From: Candidatus Bathyarchaeota archaeon | GTDB lineage: Archaea > Thermoproteota > Bathyarchaeia > Bathyarchaeales > Bathycorpusculaceae | DNA length: 55,619 nucleotides | Reading direction: 5' to 3' | NCBI GenBank assembly: GCA_963770935.1 | Contig: CAVYRJ010000010.1 | Location: 1 to 55,619, forward strand | Part shown: piece by piece, positions 10,719-20,953 of the stretch | Numbering within the stretch: position 1 is the stretch's first letter | Layout: each line of letters begins with the position of its first letter | Translations under genes and position numbers: made by a program | The notes under the pieces: generated by a model | Seen by the model: the letters and a program-made list of their open reading frames with translations, nothing else | What the model was told of the DNA's origin: nothing | Database searches by the model: none

Positions 10719-10952
10719 TTAGTGTTTCCTAATCAACAATTTGAACTCCTCACCAGACTTGACAGCTTCAACCACTTCATGACCATTATTTTTAACCCAA
10801 CGCTGAATATTGTCAAGCTCCAACTCCCCCCCACCAATAACCTCTAGTAACTGCCCCGCTGCCATGCTCATCAGCTTGCGCTTGGTAAATGCAACTGGCA
10901 AGGGGCACATTTGACCCTTAACGTCCAACTTCTCAATTTCCAAAATCTTCAC
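10719..10952 (-). CDS. tusA: TusA/SirA family sulfur (or selenium) carrier
   Basis: LDVKGQMCPLP motif; 77 aa. Confidence 0.88.
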   Translation of the reverse strand: MKILEIEKLDVKGQMCPLPVAFTKRKLMSMAAGQLLEVIGGGELELDNIQRWVKNNGHEVVEAVKSGEEFKLLIRKH

Positions 10953-11302
10953 TAGAACACTATTACTTTATCACTATTTACTGTCCACTCGACTAGTTCA
11001 TGCACCGTAGCGATTTTCACCCCATCAAACAGATCAGCTTGGGTTATGCCACGTGCTTCAATGCAGACTACACAGGCTTTCACTTCGACGCCGCCTTGAA
11101 TTAAATTTTCTAGATTTTGGCCGTAGTTGATTAATCCTTGAGCAGGTTTTTGTCCTTTCTTTGCAAGGTAGACGCCGTTTTCGAATAACCAGATTTTTAC
11201 TTTGTGTCCTTCTATGTCGCAAGTTGCGGCGAATCTTAGAGCTGACATTGCGCGTTCTTGTGCATATGGGGCTTCGTTTATTATCAATGTGAATGTTACC
11301 AG
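10952..11302 (-). CDS. DsrE/TusD family sulfur-relay protein (probable CTG start)
   Basis: EAPY..ERA..ALRFA, LFENGV, VKACVVCIEARG, ELVEW..SDKVIVF; GAGGTTGG ribosome-binding site 7 nt upstream. Confidence 0.8.
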   Translation of the reverse strand: MVTFTLIINEAPYAQERAMSALRFAATCDIEGHKVKIWLFENGVYLAKKGQKPAQGLINYGQNLENLIQGGVEVKACVVCIEARGITQADLFDGVKIATVHELVEWTVNSDKVIVF

Positions 11303-11336
11303 ACTGTTACCAACCTCAATTTTTCTGATAGTTATT

Positions 11337-11351
11337 ATTAAAAAAACTAAT
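11337..11351. promoter_or_regulatory. Putative LysR box in the divergent dsrE/lysR promoter
   Basis: ATTA-N7-TAAT; AT-rich context weakens significance. Confidence 0.35.
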
Positions 11352-11426
11352 ATAAGTATTTTCCAAACAAAAAGCAAATATTACATAAACAAACATTCTA
11401 GAACACATAAACAAAGGCAAAACGGC

Positions 11427-12360
11427 ATGGAAACAATAAGGTTCGATTATCTCAATACCTTCCTCACAGTTGCCAAAACACGCAGCTTCTCAGCGGCAGC
11501 CAAAGAACTCAAAACAAGCCAAGGCACGGTCAGCCATCACATCGCTGCACTCGAAGCATATTTTGACGCTGAACTCTTCAAACGCGCTCCCAACGGCGTA
11601 GAAGTCACCGACGCAGGAGCAACCCTGAAAGAAACTGCAGAAAAAATATCTCCAACAAGCTCAAAACGCAAAAGCAAAAATTTCCACAGCCAAACTAAAT
11701 TTAGCAGGTACAATAAGAATCGCTGCAAGCACCATTCCGGGAGAACACATAATTCCCAGCTTAATCGACGAATTTCAAAAAAAGTATCCCGAAGTAAATT
11801 TCAAGATAAAAGCCGAGGACAGTTTAAATAGCTTAAACAGCCTGCAAACTAACGCCGCAGATTTTGCAGCGGTAGGAACCATTCAAGGTTTTGAAGAGAA
11901 ATTCGATTTCATCCAAATCGGAGAGGAACAATTGGTTCTAGTTGTTCCTTGTAATCACGAGTTAGCCCAAAATAAAATTGCCAAGCTAAGTGAAATCCTC
12001 CCACATGCATTCGTTATTCGTGAAGAGACTTCAGGAACAAGACTGGAAATCGAGCGTTTACTGGCAAAAAACAATGTTCAGCCCCAGAAGTTGAAGGTAG
12101 TTATGGAGCTTGGGAGCACCGAATCGATAATTACCGCGGTTTCAGAAGGCAGAGGAATAAGCATAATCTCATCAATTGCCGCCAAAAAAGCCCAAGCAGC
12201 AGGCTTAACAAAAATTATCAAAATTGAAGAATCAAAAAGCCCTCGAAAACTCTACATGGTAAGACCTAAAAGGCAGCTTCTAAAAACTTCTGAGACTTTC
12301 TGGGAATTCTGTAAGGAGTATAGATTCAAGAACGAAGTTATCTCCTGCCCCTCAAGTTGA
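11427..12360 (+). CDS. LysR-family regulator (CysL-like type, often found beside selenium-metabolism genes); frameshift near 11645
   Basis: SFSAAAKEL..SQGTVSHHI..LE, IAASTIPGEHI, REETSGTR, ELGSTESI. Confidence 0.88.
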
Positions 12361-12375
12361 CTTATTTATCCAAAG

Positions 12376-13311
12376 CTAAGTTACGATGATTTCGCTTACG
12401 AATTTAACCCAGAACTGTGCCCACTTGTACTTCTCCACCGGACAAAACAGCCTGTACGGTCCGCCTTGACTTTGCCCCAGATGACTGCCATTTTCCTCAA
12501 ATCCAATTAGCATATTTGAATCTTCCACCTCTTGCAGAGTATAGTTTTTCACGTAACCGTCAATGGCAACAATCGTTATTTTTTCAGCTCTATAAGACAT
12601 GTTTGCGGCGTCCAGGACGTCCAACATAGATATGCCTGTCCAGTTTGAAGTTCTTTCTCCATCTCCAGGTACAAATGCTGCATGAACGGTTTCTTGCTGG
12701 AAGTTAGTTAAGTTTCTGCTGCTAATCGTCAGTGGCTTAGCGACTGCTCCTGAGATGGACACTGTCCAACTCTCGACGTTCACTTCAGCGACGTTATCGA
12801 TTTGGTATTCCGAACCAAAAGAGGGGGTGATTAGTTTTACTGGTCCCCCTGCCTCCTGGGTCATCCATTCGCCGTTTTTGACAAAGGCTAACACTATGCG
12901 GTTGCTTTCTTTATAATAGGGATACGCTGTGCTGTTCCATGCTTGAAAAATGTTCAAAGCAGCACTTTGCCCATCCGTTGATATTACTTTGATTGTTTGA
13001 GTGTCCCACATGGCACCTGTTTTATTGCAGAAATCGACGAGTGCGACGCCTTCAAAAGTTGCGTTTTCACCGTTAACTTCAGCAGTAGCGCGTGTTAGTG
13101 GCATTTGAGTTATTTCTTCTAATGTCCAAGTTTTCTGCTGCTCAACGTTACCGCTAACCTTGATTTGCCACTCTGGGGCTACACCGTCTGGCACCTTCAC
13201 TTGAGGTGCAGTTTGCGCCCCGTTTGGGTAGTAAAGGCTGGTTGATGCCATAGTTATGGTTACTATTATTGCGATTAGGATTATGCTCACTATTTTTGTT
13301 GTTTTTTTCAT
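12376..13311 (-). CDS. Membrane-anchored two-domain sulfite-oxidase/MsrP-fold protein
   Basis: N-terminal TM; two repeats of (F/W)xG, DG(Q/Y), NG, GGP(V/Y)(K/R)L; ends FWVKFVSEI. Confidence 0.75.
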   Translation of the reverse strand: MKKTTKIVSIILIAIIVTITMASTSLYYPNGAQTAPQVKVPDGVAPEWQIKVSGNVEQQKTWTLEEITQMPLTRATAEVNGENATFEGVALVDFCNKTGAMWDTQTIKVISTDGQSAALNIFQAWNSTAYPYYKESNRIVLAFVKNGEWMTQEAGGPVKLITPSFGSEYQIDNVAEVNVESWTVSISGAVAKPLTISSRNLTNFQQETVHAAFVPGDGERTSNWTGISMLDVLDAANMSYRAEKITIVAIDGYVKNYTLQEVEDSNMLIGFEENGSHLGQSQGGPYRLFCPVEKYKWAQFWVKFVSEIIVT

Positions 13312-13375
13312 ACTATTACTATCATTCTCCTAGTAAAGTGCAAAACTTGGTTGAACACTTTTTTAACCTGGTTAC

Positions 13376-13399
13376 CGATATGTTTTAGTAGGCACATCA
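13376..13399. promoter_or_regulatory. ModE-like operator, degenerate
   Basis: CGATATGT-N8-GCACATCA in a divergent promoter. Confidence 0.45.
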
Positions 13400-13446
13400 G
13401 ACCAGTTTAATAATCTTTCGAGAAAACACTTGAAGGTCCTCACAGG

Positions 13447-14509
13447 ATGCGTGCATTCAGCCAAGGAAAAACCACACTTTGCATTAGAATTGCGCTGATA
13501 TCTTTGATTTGTTTTGCTTTTATGGAAGATTTCAGTTGTGCTCAAATCGCCGCAACGTCGTCAACGACCAAGTTTTCAATAATTTGGATAACTGACACTC
13601 AATATCTCTCTGAAAGTTACCCGCGTTATTACGATAGTCTCTGCCGATGGATAGTCGAGAACAAGGAAAGCTACAACGTTAAAATGGTCATACACACAGG
13701 CGACATGGTTGAGGACGAGTTCAATCAGACTCATTGGACCAACGCAAACCACGCCCTGAGTCTACTCTTAGATAACGACGTTCCATACTGCTGGAACGCT
13801 GGCAACCATGACTATAACACGACGTATTGGATTGGAAACCAGTATACAGCCTTCAACCCGACTGTTATGGCATCCAAGTCTTATTGGGTTGGCGACAAAT
13901 TTAACGGACAAAATACAGCTGTTCACTTTGCTGTTTCGGGAAATGATTTTTTGGTGTTAAACATAGCCTACCAAGCAAACGAAACTGCACTCTCATGGTG
14001 CAACCAAATTTTAGATTCCTATCCAGATTCTCATGCAATCGTCGCCACCCATATGTATCTGAACACTACGGGTGGATACGGGGCTAAAGGAAAAGATAAC
14101 CTGACATGGGCAAGCAACTTCAAAGACACTGTGCTGGACACGCATGCTAATGTGTTCTTAACACTCAGTGGACACTACTATCCCTACCTCCGGAAGCAGA
14201 ACACAGGTTGGCGGTCGGCAGGAATTAATGTTCAATCGTCAAGTTGTGGACAGTGAAATGGGGGCTGCAAGCCTTAGAATTTTGACATTTGATCTCAAAG
14301 AGGGTTTGATTGATGTCAAAACTTTTGTTATTTACGCTAATAATTTCTTGGCGGATTCAAACAACCAGTTTACCCTTGAAACAGACTTCTATAACCCGGC
14401 AATCCCAGAGTTACCTGTTTGGATAGTCGGGGCACTATTCGTTGTAATTCTGCTAGTTGTGCTTGAGGCAAAAAAATGGGTGCGCAAGCAATCTGTAATA
14501 TTGTCATAA
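13447..14509 (+). CDS. Secreted calcineurin-like metallophosphoesterase with a PEF-CTERM-like anchor (frameshift near 14185)
   Basis: Signal peptide; DTQ, HTGD, GNHD, THMY, SGH motifs; C-terminus IPELP + TM + basic residues. Confidence 0.78.
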
Positions 14510-14556
14510 CAATGTTGCTTTTTTGGGTTTGATTGTTTGTCTGCTTTATAGCTAGA

Positions 14557-14580
14557 CGAAATGCTTTTATGTACATATCG
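14557..14580 (+). promoter_or_regulatory. ModE-like operator
   Basis: CGAAATGC-N8-ACATATCG upstream of the 14618 gene and the wtp genes. Confidence 0.55.
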
Positions 14581-14617
14581 TTGAAATTCAACTCAAGACA
14601 AGAAAGGAAGAAGAAAA

Positions 14618-16175
14618 ATGAATAAGAAAATCTTAGCAATCGCAGTCATACTAATCGTTATAGTAGCAGTTGTTGCTGCATGGCAAGTTCCCCCTCTACT
14701 GACAGGCGGAAACAAGAATCCTAATGTGCCTTCGCTTTCACTGACCCTAAAAGGCGCTACCGGAGAAGAAAAAGTACTCGACGAAACCGACTTTGCTGAT
14801 CTGACAGCTATAACATCGCAAGGCGGCTACAAAACCAGTGGCGGGGTAATCGCTACTGTAGGTAGGTTTACAGGTGTATCTGTTCTGAGCCTCTGTGATT
14901 TAGTCGGCGGAATGTCCAGCGATGCTACATTAACCGTGATAGCATCTGATGGATACTCGATGGTTTTCACTTATGACCAAGTAAACGGACAAGACTTTAC
15001 AACGTATGATCCAATAACTGGCAGCGAAAAAGTCGCCACACAACCCTTAACATTAGTAGTCAACTACCTGCACAATGACACAGCATTACCATCAGAAATT
15101 GGACCCCTGAGAATGGGTGTTGTGGGTTCTGAAGGATTACTAACGGAAGGTCACTTCTGGGTGAAAAAAGTATCGACCATAGAAGTTACTCCAAATGTTA
15201 GAGACTGGACAGTTAGTGTTGAAGCCACATCAACTCTGAGAATGGATCGCCAAGCATTAACGGCTGACCTCAACCACTTCGGCGTAAACTATACTGATTC
15301 AAACGGAAATGTCTGGACAGGCACAGCGTTGTGGCGATGGGTATCTTGGAGCAACTACAACGGCGGCGTAACAAACGCGACCTTAGACAAAGGATACAAA
15401 GTCAAAATTATCTCTGGCGACGGAACATCAGCAACCTTCGACGACAGTGAAGTCAAACTAAACGACGACATTATTGTTGCTGCAAAACTCAACGATGCAG
15501 TATTAACCGTGCCATATTGGCCATTAACAATGGTTGGACCTGATGTCACCTCAGCAAAAGCAGTTCAGAACATCATAAAAATGCAAATCATAATTGACCC
15601 CATCAGCTACATCAACGCCTTCACCAACACCCACGCCTGCGCCTACCGCAGCACCAACTGCCGTTCCTACACCCAGTCCAACCCCAGCTCCCACACCAAT
15701 ACCTGTTGTCATGCAATTGACTTTAGTTGCAGCTAACGGAACTCAATACGTTATAGATGAAACGGCAATGGCAAGATTCACTGCTATTACAGCTAACGGC
15801 GGAACAAGGTCAAGCTCAGGAACTCTTGCAAACTGGGGGGCATACACTGGAGTACCTATAATGACACTTTTGAATTATATTGGTGGCGTAACAAGCAGTA
15901 ATACTGTAAAAGTAACTGCTTCCGACAGCTACACAAATACGTACACCTACCAGCAAATAAATGGACAGGGCATAGCAACATACGATTCCTCTGGTACTTC
16001 CGTGACACCGACTCAGGGTTTGACGATGGTTGTCGCTTGGTATCTTAACGGAACAGCGTTAGACTCAGGCGTTGGACCACTACGAACTATGTATGTAGGA
16101 TCAGAAGGACTCTACTCAAGCGGTAATCTGAATGCGAAGATGACGACAAAGATCGAAATTATTACTCCACCTTAA
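14618..16175 (+). CDS. Membrane-anchored three-domain sulfite-oxidase-fold protein with a Pro/Thr linker (frameshift near 15600)
   Basis: N-terminal TM; three repeats of xTGV/xTGT, ASDGY/SGDG/ASDSY, GPLR/WPLT; TPSPTPTPAPT linker. Confidence 0.72.
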
Positions 16176-16197
16176 CTGCTTAAACGGCTACTAGACA

Positions 16198-17283
16198 ATG
16201 AATCGAAAACATATACGGCGCTTGCAGCAATCGTGGCAGCGACACTGCTGCTGTCATCCACCTATTTTTTTGTTTTAAGCAATATAATTCCAAACAAACT
16301 TAACAATATTCTGTGCAACAAGCCTTCAATATCCCCTTCCGCCAAGTGGAGGAAGACTTCGAAAAAGCATACCCAAATGTTGATGTGCATCTTGAAGCGC
16401 ACGGAACAATACAAGTTATTAGGCATGTAACTGAATTAAACTACAAAGTCGACGTGGTGCTTGTGGCAGATTACTCGTTGATTCCACGAATGATGTACAC
16501 CACAACAGATGCCTGACAGCAACCAAAGTTACGCTGATTACTACCTTAGATTTGCCACCAACAAGTTAGTCTTAGCCTACACCAACAGTAGCGATTATGC
16601 CAGCGATATTAACTCAAACAACTGGTATCAAATTTTAACTCGTCCAAACGTACGATTGGGTTATGCTAATCCGCAACTTGACGCCTTCGGGTACCGTGCT
16701 TTAATGGCAATCCAGTTAGCTGAGGATTACTACAAAGTTCCACGTTTCTTCCACGATCTAATTACCGCAAACATGAATCCGCCCATAAGTTCAGTCCCCG
16801 AAGGATCAAATTACACAATACTTGTTCCTGAGATACAAAATTCTGTTGGAGATAAACTTACAATGCGCGCAAGTGAGGTTGACTTGATTGCTTTGCTTGG
16901 AAACAGGCTACCTTGATTACTGCCTCCTTTACCTCAGTAATGCTCGGCAATATGGTTTTAACTATATTGAGCTTCCAGACGAAATCAACTTAGGCAACTC
17001 GGAAAGCGAGCCAACTTACGAGCAAATCCAAGTCAAATATGACCACCAGAGGTTTGCAACTGTAACGCTTGACCGAACTGGAGAAACCATCTATTACGGT
17101 TTAACCATTCCCAAAAATGCCCCAAATCCACAATTGGCTGAGAAGTTTATCGACTTCTTGTTGAATGGTCAAGGGAAAACCGATTTCCAAAACCAATTCC
17201 ACCCCGTTTATAACCCATCGTTCACAGATAACCTTGAAGCATTACCAGCGAGTTTACGGTCTTTGGCTGTAAGTGAGCCCTAA
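16198..17283 (+). CDS. wtpA: Tungstate/molybdate ABC transporter substrate-binding protein (several apparent frameshifts)
   Basis: EAHGTIQVIRHVTEL, ADYSLI, FATNKLVLAYT, DAFGYR, LPDEINLG, IYYGLTIP..APN. Confidence 0.85.
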
Positions 17284-17325
17284 TGCTCCAAACAAGCTTG
17301 CTCATAAGCTTCAAAGAATTTACTA

Positions 17326-18144
17326 ATGGGAGGCACAAAAGTGGCTTGGCTTAAGGAAAAGTCTTGGTTCCTCATAGTCTCGTTTGTTTTAGGTCTTCTC
17401 ATGGTTTTGTTTTTAGTAGTGCCAGTCATTGGTTCTTTGGCAAGTTCAGCCTCTGGGATTCCATCAGTTTTAACTGATTACCGAACACTAAACGCGATAG
17501 GGACAAGTTTCTACTGTGCATTCATCGCAATGGCGCTTATGTTGCTTTTAGGTGTTCCATTTGCTTACATGTTTGTCCGCAAAGAATTCTTCGGCAAAAA
17601 AGTCTTAGACTCACTAATTGACATACCAATTTTAATACCGCACAATACAGCTGGTATTGCCTTGCTAACAATCTTTAGCCCAACTTATCCAATTGGAGCA
17701 GCTTTTGCTAGCATTGGAATAGGATTCATTGACACCATCTGGGGTATAGTAATTGCCATGGCTTTCGTAAGCGCCCCCTTCATGATTAGAAGTGCCCAAG
17801 AAGCATTTTTATCCGTTGACCCCTCGATGGAGAAAATGGCGCGGGGCTTAGGTGCAACACGCTTCAAAGCTTTCAGACATGTTACTTTTCCTTTAGCCTC
17901 AAGAGGAATCCTAACTGGTTGCGTGTTAACTTGGGCAAGAGCAGTAAGCGAATTCGGCGCCGTCATATTGCTTGCTTATTTCCCAAAAACAGCACCCGTG
18001 TACCTCTACGATGTGTTTGTAAGCCAAGGATTAAACGCTGCGCTCCCAATAAACGGGCTTCTCATTTTGCTTGCCATCGTAATTCTGATTGTTTTTAGAT
18101 TTGTGATTTCCAAACCAAAAAAGAACGCCTACGCCAAACTCTGA
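17326..18144 (+). CDS. wtpB: Tungstate/molybdate ABC transporter permease
   Basis: DIPILIPH..AGIALL, E..ARGLGA, WARAVSEFGAV..LAYFPKTAP. Confidence 0.88.
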   Translation: MGGTKVAWLKEKSWFLIVSFVLGLLMVLFLVVPVIGSLASSASGIPSVLTDYRTLNAIGTSFYCAFIAMALMLLLGVPFAYMFVRKEFFGKKVLDSLIDIPILIPHNTAGIALLTIFSPTYPIGAAFASIGIGFIDTIWGIVIAMAFVSAPFMIRSAQEAFLSVDPSMEKMARGLGATRFKAFRHVTFPLASRGILTGCVLTWARAVSEFGAVILLAYFPKTAPVYLYDVFVSQGLNAALPINGLLILLAIVILIVFRFVISKPKKNAYAKL

Positions 18145-18158
18145 GGTGAAGATGAAAG

Positions 18159-19213
18159 TTGACGCTTGTCCTGAAGAATATAACTAAAAATTGGGGAAGC
18201 TTCGCACTGAAGAATATTAATCTATCCATCGCCAGAGGAGAATACCTTGTTCTGCTTGGACCAACAGGGGCTGGAAAAACGCTTCTTTTGGAAACCATAA
18301 TGGGCTTCAATATTCCAGATGAGGGCAGAATCATAATAGACAACCAAGACGTCACAAACGTTGCTCCTGAAAAAAGAGGAATCGGCTATGTCCCACAAAA
18401 TTCAGTGCTCTTTCCCAACATGACCGTGACGCCAAAACATTGTTTTTGGCTTAAAAATGCAGGGCAAAGACAAGGTGGAACAAGATAAAACGGCGGATGA
18501 ACTGCTTAATTTGGTAGGGCTCAAGCATGTTGAGCATCGTTTGCCTGATGGGCTTAGTGGTGGAGAAAAACAGAAAGTAGCCTTGGCGAGAGTTTTAGCG
18601 ATTGATTCGAGAATAGTTTTGCTTGATGAACCATTAGCTTCTATGGATGCAGAAACGACGCGGCAACTGAGGGCTGAACTGAAAAGAATACACAAGGAGC
18701 ACGGCAAAACCGTAATTCATGTTACCCATAGTTTGATTGAAGGTTTCGGTTTAGCTGACAAATTAGCGCTTATGATGGCTGGTGAGATAGTCCAAGTTGG
18801 CGAGGCAAAGGAGTTATTAGCTAAACCTAAAAACGAGTTCACTGCGCGACTTCTCGGTTACGAGAACATTTACAAAGCTAAAGTTGTGGAGAAGGGCCCT
18901 GATTTTTCGATTTTAGACGTCGAGGGCGTGAATCTTAGAGTTTCGGGTGCCGTGGATCATGTCGGGTTGGTTGCTGTGCAACCTGAGAATATAACCGTTG
19001 AATTATCATGCCCCAACGTCACTAACGCCAATGTCTTAAAAGGCCGCGTTACTGACTCTGTGGATTTAGGTCCATTTGTAATGGTAACCGTCGAGGCTGG
19101 CTTACTGTCTAAAAGTCGTGATGGCTAAAAATTTTTTCATCGAAAACGGACTTGAAGATGGCAGAGTAGTTTGGCTTAAATTTCAATTTAACACAGTAAA
19201 AATAATAGAGTAA
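18159..19213 (+). CDS. wtpC: Tungstate/molybdate ABC transporter ATPase with TOBE domain (frameshifts near 18430 and 19110)
   Basis: GPTGAGKT, IGYVPQN..LFP, LSGGEKQ, LLDEP, HVTH. Confidence 0.87.
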
Positions 19214-19219
19214 AAGCCA

Positions 19220-19546
19220 CTATTCATCTTCTTCTAACTTAACCAAAATTTTTCCCGACTTAATTTTCCACTCATATTTCGTTAATTTAAACCCAGGCTC
19301 TTCCTCATACTCTGCCGTTTCCAGGTTGAAGCGCCAATCGTGGCAAGGGCAAACAATTACAAAGCCATCAAGGGTACCGCCTGAGAAACCGCAACCCTGA
19401 TGTGGACAACGGTTATCTATAACGAAGATTTTGCCCTGCTGCTTAATGAATAAAACTGGTGTACCCTCAACCGATAAACACTTCATTTTGCCTTCATCCA
19501 GTTCTTTTTCATCTAAAACAGGCACGAAGCCATCATCATTTTCCAT
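19220..19546 (-). CDS. Rieske [2Fe-2S] ferredoxin
   Basis: CPHQG ... CPCHDWRF. Confidence 0.88.
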   Translation of the reverse strand: MENDDGFVPVLDEKELDEGKMKCLSVEGTPVLFIKQQGKIFVIDNRCPHQGCGFSGGTLDGFVIVCPCHDWRFNLETAEYEEEPGFKLTKYEWKIKSGKILVKLEEDE

Positions 19547-19736
19547 TTATGCTCACTCTAACAATCCTTCACCTAATTGTATAAAGGAACATTTAGAACT
19601 TGCTTAAGAATAGTGGCGGTTGTGAAATTACTCTTTCAAAATTTTGGTACATCCTAAGTAGGTTATTATCAACGGTTTGGATGTTACCGCTTAGATTATA
19701 AATAGGACAGAACAGTTTTTCAGAACAAGAGAGTGG

Positions 19737-19979
19737 TTGAATATGAGGATTGGTGTTTGTGGAATTGCTTGCGAGAAATGCCCCCGGATGCAAAGTGGCT
19801 TATGCCCAAATGGCAGTGTTGGCTGCGTGGCAAGGGAGAACAAGTTCTGCAAAATATGCAACTGCGCCTACATCAAAGGCGTTAAACTCTGTTTCGAATG
19901 CAAAGAGTTCCCATGTGAAACCACTAAACAAGGACCTATAAGTTTCGGATACTGCCAGTACATTTCGGGCAAACCCTAA
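19737..19979 (+). CDS. Small Cys-rich protein (DUF3795-like)
   Basis: GVCGIACEKCP...C...CKICNC...CFECKEFPC. Confidence 0.7.
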   Translation: MNMRIGVCGIACEKCPRMQSGLCPNGSVGCVARENKFCKICNCAYIKGVKLCFECKEFPCETTKQGPISFGYCQYISGKP

Positions 19980-20025
19980 ATCGTTAGTTTTAAGTTTTCG
20001 GTTGCAAATCTATCTGTGATACGAT

Positions 20026-20953
20026 ATGGGTTCTCAAGAAGTTTTCATCGAAGCAAAAGGCTTAACCAAAAAATTCGACGATTTCATTGCCGTTGACCAC
20101 ATAGACTTCAAAGTATACAAGGGCGAATGCGTTGGCTTTTTAGGACCCAACGGCGCAGGAAAAACCACCACAGTGCGCATGATTTATTGTTTTTTGCCCC
20201 CGACCGAAGGCGAATTAACAGTGGCAGGCTTAAGCGTCAACAAGCAATGCCGAGAAATAAAAAGTATGGTTGGCGTTGCCCCACAAGAAGACAACTTGGA
20301 CCCAGACTTCACAGTAATAAAAAACCTGACCGTTTACGCTCGATACTTTGACATCCCCAAGGACGAAGCAGTAAAACGAGCGGACGAGCAACTAAAATTT
20401 TTCCAGCTGGAAGAGAAAAGAGATGTTCCAATTTTGGCGTTGTCAACTGGCATGAAACGACGATTGATTTTTGCCAGAGCACTTCTCAATCAACCGCAAA
20501 TTCTGCTCTTGGATGAGCCCACTACAGGTTTGGATCCACAGGCAAGGCACCTTGTTTGGGATGAAGTAAGGCACTTAAAAAAGAAGCAAGTTACCATCAT
20601 TTTAACAACTCATTACATGGATGAAGCTGAGGTTCTCTGCGACAGAATCTTAATTGTTGACAAAGGAAAAATCATCGAAGAGGGTTCTCCTGCGGAACTT
20701 GTGAAAAAGCATATAGGCGAAGATGTCTTGGAACTGGACTATGACGAAAAACTTGTTGCCAACCCTGAAGGTTGCTTTTCCTGATGCAAGATTAGAAAAG
20801 CTCGGTGATCGCATGCAAATATTCACCGACAAACCTCACGGTGTTTTTGAGGGTTTCCTAAAAGAACATCAAATGCAGAATGTTACCATCCGCAAAGCCA
20901 ACTTAGAAGATGTTTTTCTTAAATTGACTGGACGAGGATTGAGAGCGGAATGA
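20026..20953 (+). CDS. ABC-2 exporter ATPase, NodI/DrrA-like (frameshift near 20760)
   Basis: GPNGAGKTT, LSTGMKRRL, LDEPTTGLDP, ANLEDVFLKLTGR. Confidence 0.87.

Noticed and set aside
15598-15705. Tandem DNA repeat
   Set aside because: Degenerate Pro/Thr/Ala linker coding sequence, not a nucleotide-level repeat.
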